Below, piece by piece: positions 1 to 12,688 of a DNA stretch of 64,000 nucleotides (positions are counted from its first letter, which is position 1; every line of letters begins with the position of its first letter). This DNA is from Octopus vulgaris (taxonomy: Eukaryota). The position numbers and the translations under genes are program-made. Below the pieces are notes generated by a model. The model ran no database searches and was not told the origin of the DNA. It saw nothing but the letters and a program-made list of their open reading frames with translations. The stretch is from the NCBI GenBank assembly GCA_951406725.2, contig OX597823.1:39556001-39620000 (forward strand), given 5' to 3'.

Positions 1-59
<59 letters not shown>

Positions 60-89
60 GTGTATGCATATATGTATATGAAGGTGAGA

Positions 90-515
90 GGAAAAAGACT
101 GAAAAAGAAGGCAACGCAAGGCTCGGCAACTCTAGACAAGACAGCCACCCGCTCTGCCATGCGACCAAAGCCCAAGCTTGTTCTATTCCCGACTTGGCCT
201 TCTGATTCATGTCAAGTTTAAGCATCATGGAGGTACACGAGTGGTGCTGCCGCCGACGATATATATATATATATATGGAAGAAGCCAGCAACTACAGTAC
301 AACGGCAGTCACACATCACACCAGCGGGAGATCCAGAGATAGTAGAAGAAGAATGTGTTGCATCGTCGGAAAGCGCATTTAAAAGTGCTTGATGGTGTGA
401 GGTTGCGAGATGTGGAGCGTCTTGTCAGGATGCTTCCGAGGTTTCTATCATTTTTGAAGTCAAGGAGAGATGGGATGGCAAAAAAATGGAGTAAAATTCG
501 AAAGTTGCGGGCGAA

Positions 516-549
<34 letters not shown>

Positions 550-1060
550 AAGAGAGAGAGAAATATGGACTGTATGTATGCGTAAAGAGGGTAGGAGAGT
601 GGTGACGCGGTTGATAGCCTGGGCTTACCGGAGTGCAGAATCTACAACAGATCGAGGATGCTCTTGACTCAGGAAGAATTATCACATTCTTCCACACTGG
701 GATTCCTAATCCAAATCAACACTGCAGTCATCGAAAGGGAAAGAATTGGGAGAATAGAAGAGCTGATTTAGTGTGTTTGGGACGAAAGAAGAGTTATAGG
801 CATAGGAGTGGGGACCAGAAGGCTTGTAGTGGATGGAAGAGTACAGGTGGAGATTTTTTAGAGTAAGGGAGTAATCGAGAGACAAACAGCGGTATTCAAT
901 ACGGTTAAGGTAAATTCCAAGGCATGGAAAAAGAAGTCAACGAAAGAAATGAAGCTACTGAGCAGATGCGTGGGAAGAGTCGTGGAGCCGACGCAGTCGT
1001 CAATATAGCGACGGTACAGGTCTGGGATGTGTTCGGTTAATTGAGTAAACATTAGCTCTT
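90..1060 (-). mobile_element. Penelope-like retroelement relic (RT core to GIY-YIG region), frameshifted and interrupted by (TG)n
   Basis: ORF 858..1052(-) has LYRRYIDDC (RT catalytic motif). The next minus-strand segment reads SSIHYKPSGPHSY..SS..PKHTKSALLFSQF (PLE RT thumb-like). ORF 309..551(-) has FKNDRNLGSILTR..TFKCAFRRCNT (PLE linker Cys motif). Confidence 0.75.
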
Positions 1061-1333
1061 TACTGTGGCCTGTAGAAACTAGAGTGGACCTTAATTATGT
1101 TAAGTTTTTTGTAGGCCACATTTAAAGGCAAAATCTAGAGAAAAAAACAAGAATAAAATATTAAAAAATCAAAAAGACCTCTGTCTGGAATGTTGGAAGC
1201 ACTTTTCCAACGGTATTGTGAGTATGTGCATATATGTATATGTGTGTGTATGCGTGTGTCTATGAGGGAGTGCCGCACATGTATGTATGTGTTGTTGTCT
1301 GTGTGGGTGTAGAGTGTGCATGTTTGCTTTTAC

Positions 1334-1713
1334 GTGGCACTCCGTCGGTTACGACGACGAGGGTTCCAGTTGATCCGATCAACGGAACAGCCTGCTCGTG
1401 AATTTAACGTGTAAGTGGCTGAGCAATCCACAGATACGTGTAACCTTAACGTAGTTCTCGGGGAGATTCAGCTTGACACAGTGAGACAAGGTTGGCCCTT
1501 CGAAATACAGGTACAACACAAACAGGAAGAAAGAGTGAGAGAAAGTTCTGGTGAAAGAGTGCAGGAGGGTTCGCCACCACTCTCTGCTGAAAACTTGTGG
1601 AGTTTTAGGTGTTTTCGCTCAATAAACATTCACAACGCCCGTTCTGGAAATCGAAACCGCGATCCTAAGACCGCGCGTCCGTTGCACTAACCACTGGGCC
1701 ATTGCGCCTCCAC
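1334..1713 (-). mobile_element. tRNA-derived SINE family A, long tail type
   Basis: Minus strand begins GTGGAGGCGCAATGGCCCAGTGGTTAG with B box GGTTTCGATTTCC. Homologous to 25313-25689, 12163 and 12497. Confidence 0.85.
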
Positions 1714-2243
1714 AGGTTTGCTTTTAAGGAGCTGATAATGGATGATACCAGGTCGTCAGGCAAGTGGGAAGAGAAAAGTGTCCAGAGAATAGCTTTAGAC
1801 ATGCGATTGATCAACATGTCTCATCTTCAGGTATCATTGAATGAGAGAATGAGAGCGGGAGAAAGAAAGAGCGGGGTACTCAAGAAAATCTCTTCAATAC
1901 AATAGACAACCACAACCAAAACAACAAATCACAAACTCTGTATCAATACAGCTCCCACGTCCTAGATTCCCAAGATGTCTTAGTAAAAACTATAGCAGGT
2001 GAATAACTTTTTTTTTTAAAAAAAAAAGGTGTTTTAAAAAGATTATTGCCTGACGGAAGTGGGTCAACACCGGGACGTCACAGAAAGGGAGGGGTAGTGG
2101 CTAACACTCGGGGATTGGATGGGATGGTGTGTGAGGGGAGAGGAGGGGAGCAGAGGGGTGTAAATGAGATATCTTGTGAGAAACATCGACGTTACTGGGA
2201 AAGAAAAATAATTTCTAACCTGTTACATGCCTGCATACATAGA

Positions 2244-2520
<277 letters not shown>

Positions 2521-3067
2521 ATATATACGTGAACACATACATATAGATATGTGTATATGTATAAACACATTCATATAATATTCATATGTGCACAGGTGTG
2601 TATTATTGTACAGATCTGCTTGTCTGTTAACTGTGTGTGCGCATGCGTACAGTTATACGAGCTTACATTCCTATACGCATATGAGTGTGTGTGTTGCTGC
2701 GTGCGTGTGTGTGTCTGTGTGTCTGTATTTGCGCGCGTGCGTGTATACGCATAGAAACGTATATATGTATATATGCATATATACATGTATGTATATATAT
2801 GACTGTGTGCACTCGTGAATGGGTTTTTATGTATGTATGTATTTGTGTGTACGCGCGCGTGTGAGTGCGTATGTTTCACTCAGTTTGAACGTATATGTAT
2901 ATATTCATATGTAAGTGCTTATATGTAATTAATGCATCTGTTATTTCGCATTTTTTTCTTCTTCCACCGACCTATGTGTGGGTGTATATTTTTTCTACAC
3001 CTGTGTTTTCCTGTACGAGTTTCCGAGCTTTATTCTCAAATCTGATTCAGTTTGTTTGCGTTGATTA

Positions 3068-3114
<47 letters not shown>

Positions 3115-3562
3115 ATACACCTACGTATGCACTTATTTATGTACGAATGTTTCTGTGAACGTACGCACTCTGTGTGTGTGTGTGTGTGTGTGTCGATTCG
3201 AATGTGTGTTTGTGAATATGCACGTGCACACGTGCGGGAGGGCGCACTTTAGCGTCGGAAGGTAGGACACGAAACCTTTGTAGATTACCTGCCTCATTCA
3301 TTACTGCTTCATTGATAATTATTTGCCAACGTCTCCTGGGGTTACTTGCCTTATCTACTACCGCTGAACGTTGCTGGAAGTTTCTCTTCCTAACAAGGTA
3401 ACCAGCCTCGTTCAGTGATATACAGGGGATAATCAAGTTCGTTGCTACCCTGGTTACCGTCCTCAATATTTAATGTACTAAAAGCAGTAGGATACTGGCG
3501 TGTTTAATAGTGTTTTTTGTTGTGGTTGTGCTCTACTGTAAAGAATCAGATCTTTTATTTTT

Positions 3563-3740
3563 CAGTTGTTTTAGTCATTGGAACGGCGGCCATACTGGGA
3601 CACAACCTTGAAAAGTTTTAGTCGATCAAATCAATAATGGTACTTATTTGTAAATCTGGTACTTATTTTCTCAGTTCCATTTGTCGAGCCGCTCTGTTAC
3701 ACGGAACATAAACAAACACTAGCTATCAAGTATGGGTAGG
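3563..3740 (-). mobile_element. SINE family C, 3' half, degenerate
   Basis: Similar to the tails at 11812-12005 and 21063-21240. Confidence 0.7.
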
Positions 3741-3835
3741 GGATAAACACAAGCACAAAGATCCGCTCTCTCTCTCTCTCTCTCTCTCTCACATATATAT
3801 GTCTGTTTGTTTGTCTGTGTGTGTGTGTGTGTGTG

Positions 3836-4060
3836 TAGGGTCATGGCTTAATGTTTAGCGTATTGGACTCATGATCTTAAGATTGTGGTTTCGATTCCTG
3901 AGTCGGGTGACGCGTTGTGTCCGCGAGCCAAGCACTTCATTTCACGTTGCTCCAATCCACTCAGCTGGCAAAAATGAATAATCCTGCGAAGGCACCCGTC
4001 CCGACTATCGATGAATATATGGGTCACGGAAACCGGGAAACCGGTCCTATGAATCTATAT
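3836..4060 (+). mobile_element. tRNA-derived SINE family D
   Basis: TGGCTTAATG..GGTTTCGATTCC head followed by gcacttcatttcacgttgctcc..ccactcagctgg, shared with 20810 and 46850. Confidence 0.75.
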
Positions 4061-4111
4061 GATTCAGAAATATCTTTATCCTTTTAGTTATATATATATA
4101 TATATATACAC

Positions 4112-4193
<82 letters not shown>

Positions 4194-4225
4194 TTTATTT
4201 TAAGCAGCAGAAAATTCAACAAAAT

Positions 4226-4263
4226 CTGTTACTCTGAGTTTCTCGTTGCCGTTCATCAGACAG
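4226..4263 (-). ncRNA. Type I hammerhead ribozyme motif (inverted copy)
   Basis: Minus strand: ctgt CTGATGA a-cg-gcaa-cg-a GAA actc-a-gagt A acag. Confidence 0.7.
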
Positions 4264-5225
4264 TTTTTGCTAGAATGGAACCGATATATCAATTCAATCT
4301 AGACTCTTACAAACGCTACACCTTTAAAAAGAAATGGACTTGTTTGATTGGCCCTTTAGAAAAAAACGGTCAATCTTCGAGCGATAAACAAAAAGGTCAA
4401 AAATATATGTATATATATATATAAAAAAAAACTTATAAAAAATTATAAAATCCGAGGAAAAAACCTTACATTGAATAAAATACATATTGACGTTAATGAA
4501 GAAAGTATAAATTAATTCATAGGAATTAAACCTGTTATAAATATTACACTGCAATACATATTTTTATTAAAATATGCATATATATATCAACATACACAAA
4601 AGGATGCGCGCAAACGCCATACATATACAGACGTATGAATATAAATCTAAATATACACATAAATGCATGTGTACATATATTCACGCAAACCATCTCGCAC
4701 GCAAGTTAAAAATCATGTATGTAGCGATTCTCATATACTGAGTAAGGGGGGGGGCGAAAGAAAGGAAGAGAGAGAAAAAGGAACGAAGGAGGGGTGGGGA
4801 AAAAAACGAAATAAGAAAAAATTATGTATACAAGCTGTGTAACGGCATTATTGGCATATATGGAGACAAGTATACAAACACAATTTCGAATGGATACATA
4901 CACATACAGTCGTGTATATGTGTGCTTAAGCACAAACATACTCTCACTTACACATACACAGATACGCATGCTTACAAATACATATCCTCGGCTATACACA
5001 TACTTACATCAACATTCTAATTTTGACAACATTGCTTTTTTTAAAAAAACATTGCTTTTTTTAAAAAGAATGGGCGCATTAATAAAAATATATACGAAAG
5101 ACATATAAAATAAAATATAACACCTTTTTCTGAAGGGCCAATCAAACAAGTCCATTTCTTTTTAAAGGTGTAGCGTTTGTAAGAGTCTAGATTGAATTGA
5201 TATATCGGTTCCATTCTAGCAAAAG

Positions 5226-5263
5226 CTGTCTGATGAACGGCAACGAGAAACTCAGAGTAACAG
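5226..5263 (+). ncRNA. Type I hammerhead ribozyme motif
   Basis: Stem I ctgt/acag, extendable by tagcaaaa/ttttgttg. CTGATGA at 5230-5236, minimal stem II cg/cg with GCAA loop, GAA, stem III ACTC-A-GAGT, GUA cleavage triplet ending at 5259. Confidence 0.7.
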
Positions 5264-5365
5264 ATTTTGTTGAATTTTCTGCTGCTTAAAATAAAGCATA
5301 TTACTCTACCACTGGTATTTGAGTACTCTTTTTTTCACCTTGTTTCACATTTATGTGTTTACTCC

Positions 5366-5457
<92 letters not shown>

Positions 5458-5465
5458 TGTATGTA

Positions 5466-5625
5466 TGACAGGTTCAACACAGTTTCCGTCCACCAAATCC
5501 ACTCACATGGCATTAATCGACCCGGAGCTACTGTAAAAGACACTTGCCCAAGGTACCCTTCAGTGGTACTGAACTCGAAACCACATGGCTGCAAAAAGAG
5601 TTTCTTAACCACACACCCGTACCTG
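5466..5625 (-). mobile_element. SINE family C, 5' half (tRNA-like head)
   Basis: Reverse complement of the head at 24222-24372. Confidence 0.75.
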
Positions 5626-5787
5626 AGTATAGATAGAAATTTATTTGGGTAACACTCTGTTATGACGAATGAAAACATATTGTCTATACAGCATGTGTTT
5701 GGATAGACAAGAGTAAATAAACGAGAGAGTGAGAAAGATTAGAGGGAGAGAGAGAGAGGGGGAAGTAAGAGTGATGGAGAGAGAGTG

Positions 5788-5836
<49 letters not shown>

Positions 5837-5959
5837 ACTTCATTTAAGGGTACATTTACTTTTTATCTCGGCCGCATCTTGAAATCGAAGCTAAGTATTT
5901 ACTTGTGTTGAGATCAGTGTCCAGTATTTTAATTCTTTTTTTTTTTTTTTTGCTGGGTT

Positions 5960-6133
5960 TGGGGGAAGAGAACAGGACCTCGACCACTGGAGATCCTCGA
6001 AGGACGGGGGAGATTGATATTCGAACTCTTGCAGGGAAACATCTGCAGGAAAGATATGATTTGGGAGAAGATTCCAGAGGGATGATATTCAGTGGGGAAA
6101 GGACTGCGTGTGTATGCGTGAGTGTGTGTGTGA

Positions 6134-6190
<57 letters not shown>

Positions 6191-6680
6191 TGTGTGCGTA
6201 GGGGAATTGAAGATGTTGAACACACCAACAGTGACGAGAGGTAGAAAGACGAGTGGGGGCAGAGATGCCTGAGTAGTGGAGGTAGAGGCCCAGCTTGGCC
6301 CGAGGAACAGGGGCCATTACACTAACAATAGAAAGAAAGAAACACAGAGAGAGGAGACAGCTCTTAGATGCAATGTAGTGGCAGCACCGTCCTAGATGTG
6401 GCAGCAGCACTCCATTGAGAGCTTCACTCCAACCTTGCAGAGTGTCAACAGCTGTTGGTGAGTGAAATATTTCTCGACCCTGAAGAGACGGGGCTGTCTT
6501 GGGATGGATCCCCAGCCATGATAAGGATGTGCTTTCACCTGCAGAGATCTTCTGTGATAGTAAACTCAGTAGCTGGAGTGAATGTGAGGGCTCTGTTCGA
6601 GTATCGAACATCTTCAGAGGTGCTGATGCTTTCTTGATATGGATAGACACGGCTGGAACGTTTTTGATCATAGCTCTAAA
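5960..6680 (-). mobile_element. Probable DIRS-type retrotransposon RT/RNase H relic
   Basis: Decayed motifs in DIRS order across frames: VDTLQGWSEALNG (like TDASxxGWGAxL), LHLRAV (like LELRAV), YLHYSG (like YINHQG), WCVQH, PTEYHPSGIFSQI (like EWxLHPxVFxxI). Interrupted by (TG)n. Confidence 0.5.
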
Positions 6681-6949
6681 CGAACGCCTTTAACTTTGTG
6701 TCAACCCCTACCACCAACACCATTGCAACCACCACCACCACCACCACCACCGTCACCACCGTCACCACCGTCACCACCGTCACCACCATCGCTACCACTA
6801 CTACTACCGCCACTATCTTTCACGATTAATGCCTTTTAGAAAGGCATGCCCATCACAAACTCTCCTAATTGTCTTCATATCTCAATTAGGAATAGCTTTA
6901 TCCATTTTATGTTTTCTTTTTGTCTGTGTTACTTTATTTGTCTTTTATC

Positions 6950-7307
6950 TTTTATTAATTTCAGTCGTTGGGCTGCGGCCATGCTGGAGCACTACCTTGA
7001 AGCGTTTATTCGAGTTCATATTTTTTAAGTCTAGCAGTTATTCCATCGACATCTATTACCGAATCGCTAAGATACCAACACCGATTTTCAAGCGCTGAGG
7101 CGGACAAGCAGATACATACATACATACATACATACATACATACATACATACATACATACATACATACGTATGCAGCGAGCCTTCAAACAGTTTCCGTCCA
7201 CCAAATGCACTCACAAGATTTTGGTCAACCTGGAGCGACAGTAGAATACACTCGCCCAAGTTGCCGCACAGTCGATTTTCTTAAGCACACAGCCACACCT
7301 GCGCCTA
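6950..7307 (-). mobile_element. SINE family C, near full length with central (TACA)n
   Basis: Tail motif gcggccatgctggagcac and head end cagccacacctgcgcct. Confidence 0.8.
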
Positions 7308-7316
7308 AATAATTGC

Positions 7317-7388
7317 TTCCCTGGCGGGGAATCGAACCCCGCTCTTTCACCCGACCATCAGAGATACTTACCACAATACTACTGAAGG
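7317..7388 (-). pseudogene. tRNA-Asp(GTC)-like pseudogene or tRNA-derived head
   Basis: Minus strand ccttcag TAGTATTGTGGTAAGTATC tctgatg GTC gggtgaa AGAGCGGGGTTCGATTCCCCG ccagggaa matches the D and T arms of eukaryotic tRNA-Asp. The acceptor and anticodon stems no longer pair. Confidence 0.65.
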
Positions 7389-7632
7389 TATATTTATATA
7401 TTCTTTTATATATTTATTATTGGCAGTTTTCCATCATAAACGTCATGTGACCTATCAACATGTAGTAATAAGGATAACTCAAACCAGCTGAGATATAAAT
7501 ACACACACACACACGTTTGGGGGTGATAGAGCAGGGCATCAAAAAGTCATTACGGATCTCCATTACCCGTTGTTTTGTGTCTATTTTAGAAGTAGATAAA
7601 ATTATATACATGTGTGTGTGTGTGTGTGTCTA

Positions 7633-7680
<48 letters not shown>

Positions 7681-7867
7681 AAAGATCTATATTTGTATAT
7701 ATATTAGAGACGGGTATATCATTATAAGTGTGTGCTTATATTTTAGACATATATATCATTATACATGTGTGCGTATATATTTTGATGGGTATATGCGCTT
7801 GCATATTTTAGTTGTGTGTATATTTGAGGTTATATACATATGTATATGTGTGTGTGTGCGCGCATAT

Positions 7868-8815
7868 ACAGAGTGCGATAGGTAAATTGTCACCATTTTA
7901 TAGTTTTAATTTCGTGCATGTGCATTATTTTTTTATTCTTGATTTTGTCGACTAAACAGCATAGTAGGGTCAGTTGAGCACCGTCTGTGAGAAAAACAGC
8001 ACCATGACGCAATTCACTCTGTCAGAAGTTTGGAATCGACATGCTGTACTGCTTAGCATTCACGCCAGAAGCTCCAATGCGAACATTTCAAAGTGTTTGG
8101 GTATCAATCTGAAGACAGTGCAAAGGATTCGGAAACAGTTGGATGAGTCTAATGGTGATTATGAAGGTACGGCAGCTCGGAAAACTCAATCTGATCGTTC
8201 TGATAAGAAAAGAACTCCTAAATTTGTTGGTGAGATCCAGGTCATGATTCACAACGATCCCTCCAAGTCAATCAAGTCCATCTCCAGGGAGTGCATGAAG
8301 ACATTTGGTATTCCTCATACAAGATGAGAAAGGGCCAATTTTTATCCCAAGCCATCAAGGACAAGAGAATAGACCGCATTACGAAGCTTTGGAACAAACT
8401 CAAGCATCCCCTCCAATCGAACGTTATTTAGTTTTTCTCAGACGAGAAAAATTTCTGCTAGGATCAGATGATGAACACACAGAACAACCGCTGACTTGCC
8501 GTGTCCCCAAAACATGTACTGAGAGTAATAAAAATCGAACATCCAGTCAACACCATGGTGTTTGGAGTGATCACTAGTGATGGCGACGTTATGCCTCCAA
8601 TTCTCTTCCACACGGAGGCCGATATCAAGTATCTGGAGGATGTAGTGCTGCCATGGGTCAAGAGGGTAGCTGCTGGAAGACCCTATGTCTAGAAACAGGA
8701 CTCTGCACCATGTCACACAAGCAGAAGTACCCGTCATGGCTGTCAGACAATTTCTGCCATCACATCACCCCTAACACCCGACCCCCCAACTCCCCAGGCT
8801 GAAAACCCTTGATTA
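7868..8815 (+). mobile_element. Tc1/mariner superfamily transposon relic, maT (DD37D)-like, 3' truncated
   Basis: HTH-like ORF 7974..8327, then FSDEKNF, VFGVITSDGDVMPP, WVKRVAAGRPYV-x-KQDSAPCH and a decayed SPDxNPLD at about 8790-8815. Starts TA-CAGAGTG. Confidence 0.8.
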
Positions 8816-9645
8816 ATATCAATAATCAACATGGAAACCCAAGAAACTCACGATTTACGACAAACAATCCCATACTTCCTGAATGTCTCAATAAACAGAA
8901 GATGGGAAGAAGAGAGAACCTTTAGACAGCGAAATAAGTACAAAGAACATGAACCATCCCCTCACCTACGTGGAAAACAGAATACCAGAAACAGAAAATG
9001 GAAACACAATAATACAATTCCTTTTTTAGGGAGAAAATACCACAATCGCGAACCAAACCCGACGCAACAGAAAGTTTTAATGAGTACACAGCATATATAA
9101 GCCCAAAGATCATAAATTTGTCAAATAGAAACCTCAAAAAGAATTAATCTCCTATTGAAAGGTTTCAAATTTACACCGACACCCACCCCTAATCTCACTG
9201 AACTAAAAGCTGATATGGAGCATTCCAACCACCACCTCCAGCTTATAGAAATCTTCGGTAATAAGGATATAAATGACGTATCAATTATCAGAAATAAATC
9301 CCACTTCATCTACTACAAGGGGAATGACAAACATTTAGACTCATGTATAGACACACGTTCGAAATATCCCATAAGAACCTGTAAATGCAAACAAAACCTT
9401 CGTGAAGAAGAAAAGGAACCCTTACTAACACGGAAGGATGACAATTCAGTCATCCTAAAAGAAGTCGATAAGAGAGGGGTGAAAGTAATCATGGACAAAG
9501 ACTACTATAAAAATGAAATATTGGAAATTCTAACAGACCAAACGTACTACAAGCGAAAACCAAGACATCCGGAAAAAGTAATAGTGAATAAAATCAAAAT
9601 ATTAATTAATGAATACCAAGATTCCTTCATAGACGAGGAGAAAGA
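8815..9645 (+). mobile_element. Penelope-like retroelement, N-terminal RT region relic
   Basis: KIINLS..KGFKFTPTP and NLREEEKEPLLTRKDDNSVILKEVDKRGVKVIMDKDYY (like NLSxEERxALxxLxxDxxIIIKPADKGGAVVIMDKxDY). Confidence 0.8.
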
Positions 9646-9659
9646 TATATATATATATA

Positions 9660-9812
9660 TTTCTCTCCTTGTTTTTTCTGTGTCCCTTTCTGTAGAAGAG
9701 CGTAGACTCGAAACGTAAAATACTTTTTCTATTCCTGAGCGTTATACTAATACATCTGTTTGTTTTGTACACCACCTGTCATCGTCATTTGTTTTTTTCG
9801 TAAACTCTCCCT
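9660..9812 (+). mobile_element. Short (TA)n-flanked element with a variant hammerhead-like motif at 9687-9720
   Basis: ttt CTGTAGA a gag-cgtaga-ctc GAA ACGT A aaa. A related 3' fragment lies inverted at 10996-11073. Confidence 0.55.
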
Positions 9813-9827
9813 ATATATATGTATGTA

Positions 9828-9885
<58 letters not shown>

Positions 9886-9939
9886 TGTGTGTTCAGGATT
9901 AAATGAAAAGACAGCAAACGGAAAGTGTATATATATATA

Positions 9940-10421
9940 TTGGGTCATTCCATAAATAATGCGGTTTTTTCAATTGCATGAAATAGACTTCGAAGGGAGG
10001 CGGGATAAATTACCTGCATCAACTTGCTATAAAAGCAGGGAGTAATTTTACCTTGTGCTAATTCTTAATACAAGTTTTGAAGAATGTAAGCAGTTATTTT
10101 TTCAAAGCTCTAATGGAAATGACAAAGGAACATATTCGGCATATTTTGCCCCATCTGATTATCATTTATTTAGCGGTCTTCAAAATCATTTGGAAGGAAA
10201 AAATATGAATTCTGTAGACGAGGTCAGAACAGTACTGGGATAGTATTTTTCATCACGGACAAGTGAATTTTGGAAGAGGGACCTTGCATGTCAACAAGAT
10301 AAATGGAAGAGCATTGTAGAAAATGAAGGAGAGTATATTTTGGATTAAAAAAGAACTTTGTTTATCTTAATTTTGTAAAACAAAAGAAGTATAAAAACCG
10401 TATTTTTATGGGATAACTCAA
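9940..10421 (+). mobile_element. Internally deleted mariner (MITE-like)
   Basis: TA-flanked imperfect TIRs ttgggtcattccataaa / tttatgggataactcaa. The transposase start MEMTKEHIRHIL abuts APSDYHLFSGLQNHL. Confidence 0.85.
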
Positions 10422-10435
10422 TATATGTGTGTTTA

Positions 10436-10472
<37 letters not shown>

Positions 10473-10484
10473 CTCTTTCTCTCA

Positions 10485-10562
<78 letters not shown>

Positions 10563-10584
10563 GTACGTGCATCCATATATAAAT

Positions 10585-10845
10585 ATAATTGTTAAACAGG
10601 ATATCAAACATTAAGGCAAGGCAAATATATCAAGTCATATACAATATATTTTAGGAAGGAATTCAAAATCTTACAGCTATTTCTAGGATATCGCCGAGTA
10701 TGGGATATTCCATCATCAGAGACAAATTGGGGAAAGATATGGAAAATGAGAATGGTTTATATCAATAAGATGACAACATAGAGAAAGGGAGTAAAAGAAT
10801 AAGTAGATGGAAAGAGAGAAAGAGTAAACCCCCATACTTTGTTCA
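10585..10845 (-). mobile_element. Short microsatellite-flanked element carrying a hammerhead ribozyme
   Basis: About 260 bp of non-microsatellite sequence between (TA)n and (TACA)n, containing the motif at 10668-10723. Confidence 0.55.
10668..10723 (-). ncRNA. Type I hammerhead ribozyme motif
   Basis: Minus strand: gtct CTGATGA tggaatatc-ccatactcggc-gatatccta GAA ATAGCTGT A agat. Stem II is 9 bp with one mismatch. Confidence 0.75.
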
Positions 10846-10861
10846 TACATACATACATACA

Positions 10862-10897
<36 letters not shown>

Positions 10898-10914
10898 CAT
10901 GGGTGTTTGTGTGT

Positions 10915-11180
10915 GTGTTTGTGACTTTACCATCGCTTGACAACTGATTTTGGTGTGTTTACGTTCCCGTAACTTAGCATTTCGGCTATGAATAATATAG
11001 TAAGAATTTACAAAAAAAACCCCCCAAAAAAACGAAGACGGGTGTGTAAATAACAAACAGATGTATTAGTTTATACTAGGCTTATAAAGAATAAGTCCTG
11101 GGGTCGATTTGTTCGACTAAGTGCTGTGCTCCAGCATGGCTGCAGATAAATGACTGAAACAAATAAAAGAATAAAAGAAT
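10915..11180 (+). mobile_element. SINE family C, 3' half, interrupted at 10996-11073
   Basis: catcgcttgacaac...ctccagcatggctgcag..gactgaaac; the insert splits gaataa|tactaggc. Confidence 0.8.
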
Positions 11181-11250
11181 ATATATTGTAAGAGATTTAT
11201 TTTGTGTCCCTTTGAAAGGATACCTACGTGTATTTACATACAGGCAAAGA

Positions 11251-11291
<41 letters not shown>

Positions 11292-11322
11292 AAGTATAGA
11301 AACCCGCATTATTTATGGGGTG

Positions 11323-11375
<53 letters not shown>

Positions 11376-11811
11376 GTCTATATGCATGTATGTATGTATG
11401 TATGTATGTATGTATGTACGTATCATTTCACGAAAATGTACAAGAATTTGCTAAGAATGTTCGAAGGATTAAAGAGATTATTTAAATTCAGTGCTGGGTT
11501 TTGATTAGATACTGAGGAAGGAGTTTTAATTTCCAGAGCTGTTCATGTATTCATTCAATACTCCGACATCACATTCTAAAATTTTCCACATTCTTCTGAA
11601 CAAACTTATAGACGCTTTTTCGTATTACTTGAAAACAGAGATTATTTTGTTGTATTCTTTTGAAAGAATACCTATGTAAATTTATATACAGGCATACATG
11701 CATATATATAATATACATATACATATATAAAAATATATATATATATATATATATACATACATACATATATCTACATACATGCATACACACACACACACAC
11801 ATATATATATA

Positions 11812-12005
11812 TTCTTTTACTTGTTTCAGTCATTTGACTGCGGCCATGCTGGAACACCGCGTTAGTCGAACAAATCGACCCCAGGAATATTCTTTGTAAA
11901 TATAGCACTTATTCTATCGGTTTTTTTTGCCGAACTGCTAGATTACGGGGACATAAACTCACCATCATCGGTTGTCAAGCGATGTTGAGGGGACAGACAC
12001 AAACA
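11812..12005 (-). mobile_element. SINE family C, 3' half
   Basis: gtttcagtcatttgactgcggccatgctgg...gttgtcaagcgatg. Confidence 0.85.
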
Positions 12006-12455
<450 letters not shown>

Positions 12456-12496
12456 TATATATATATATATATATATATGTGTGTATGTATATATAT

Positions 12497-12688
12497 GTGG
12501 AGGCGCAATGGCCCAGTGGTTAGGGCAGCGGACTCGCGGTCGGAGGATCGCAGTTTCGATTCCCAGACCGGGCGTTGTGTGTGTTTATTGAGCGAAAACA
12601 CCTAAAGCTCCACGAGGCTCCGGCAGGAGGTGGTGGCGATCCCTGCTGTACTCTTTCGCCACAACTTTCTTTCACTCTTTCTTCTGTT
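12497..12688 (+). mobile_element. SINE family A head and body, joined to a PLE
   Basis: GTGGAGGCGCAATGGCCCAGTGG..GTTTCGATTCC head. Confidence 0.85.

Larger units (their letters stand above)
4193..5368 (+). mobile_element. Non-coding element with about 172-bp inverted repeat (4193-4365 / 5125-5296), each arm carrying a hammerhead motif; PLE pseudo-LTR-like
   Basis: The arms are near-perfect reverse complements. The element is flanked on both sides by (TA)n, and AATAAA follows the ribozyme motif. Confidence 0.75.

Noticed and set aside
1810-1835. CTGAAGA followed by ACATGT on the minus strand
   Set aside because: GAA, stem II and stem I are all missing.
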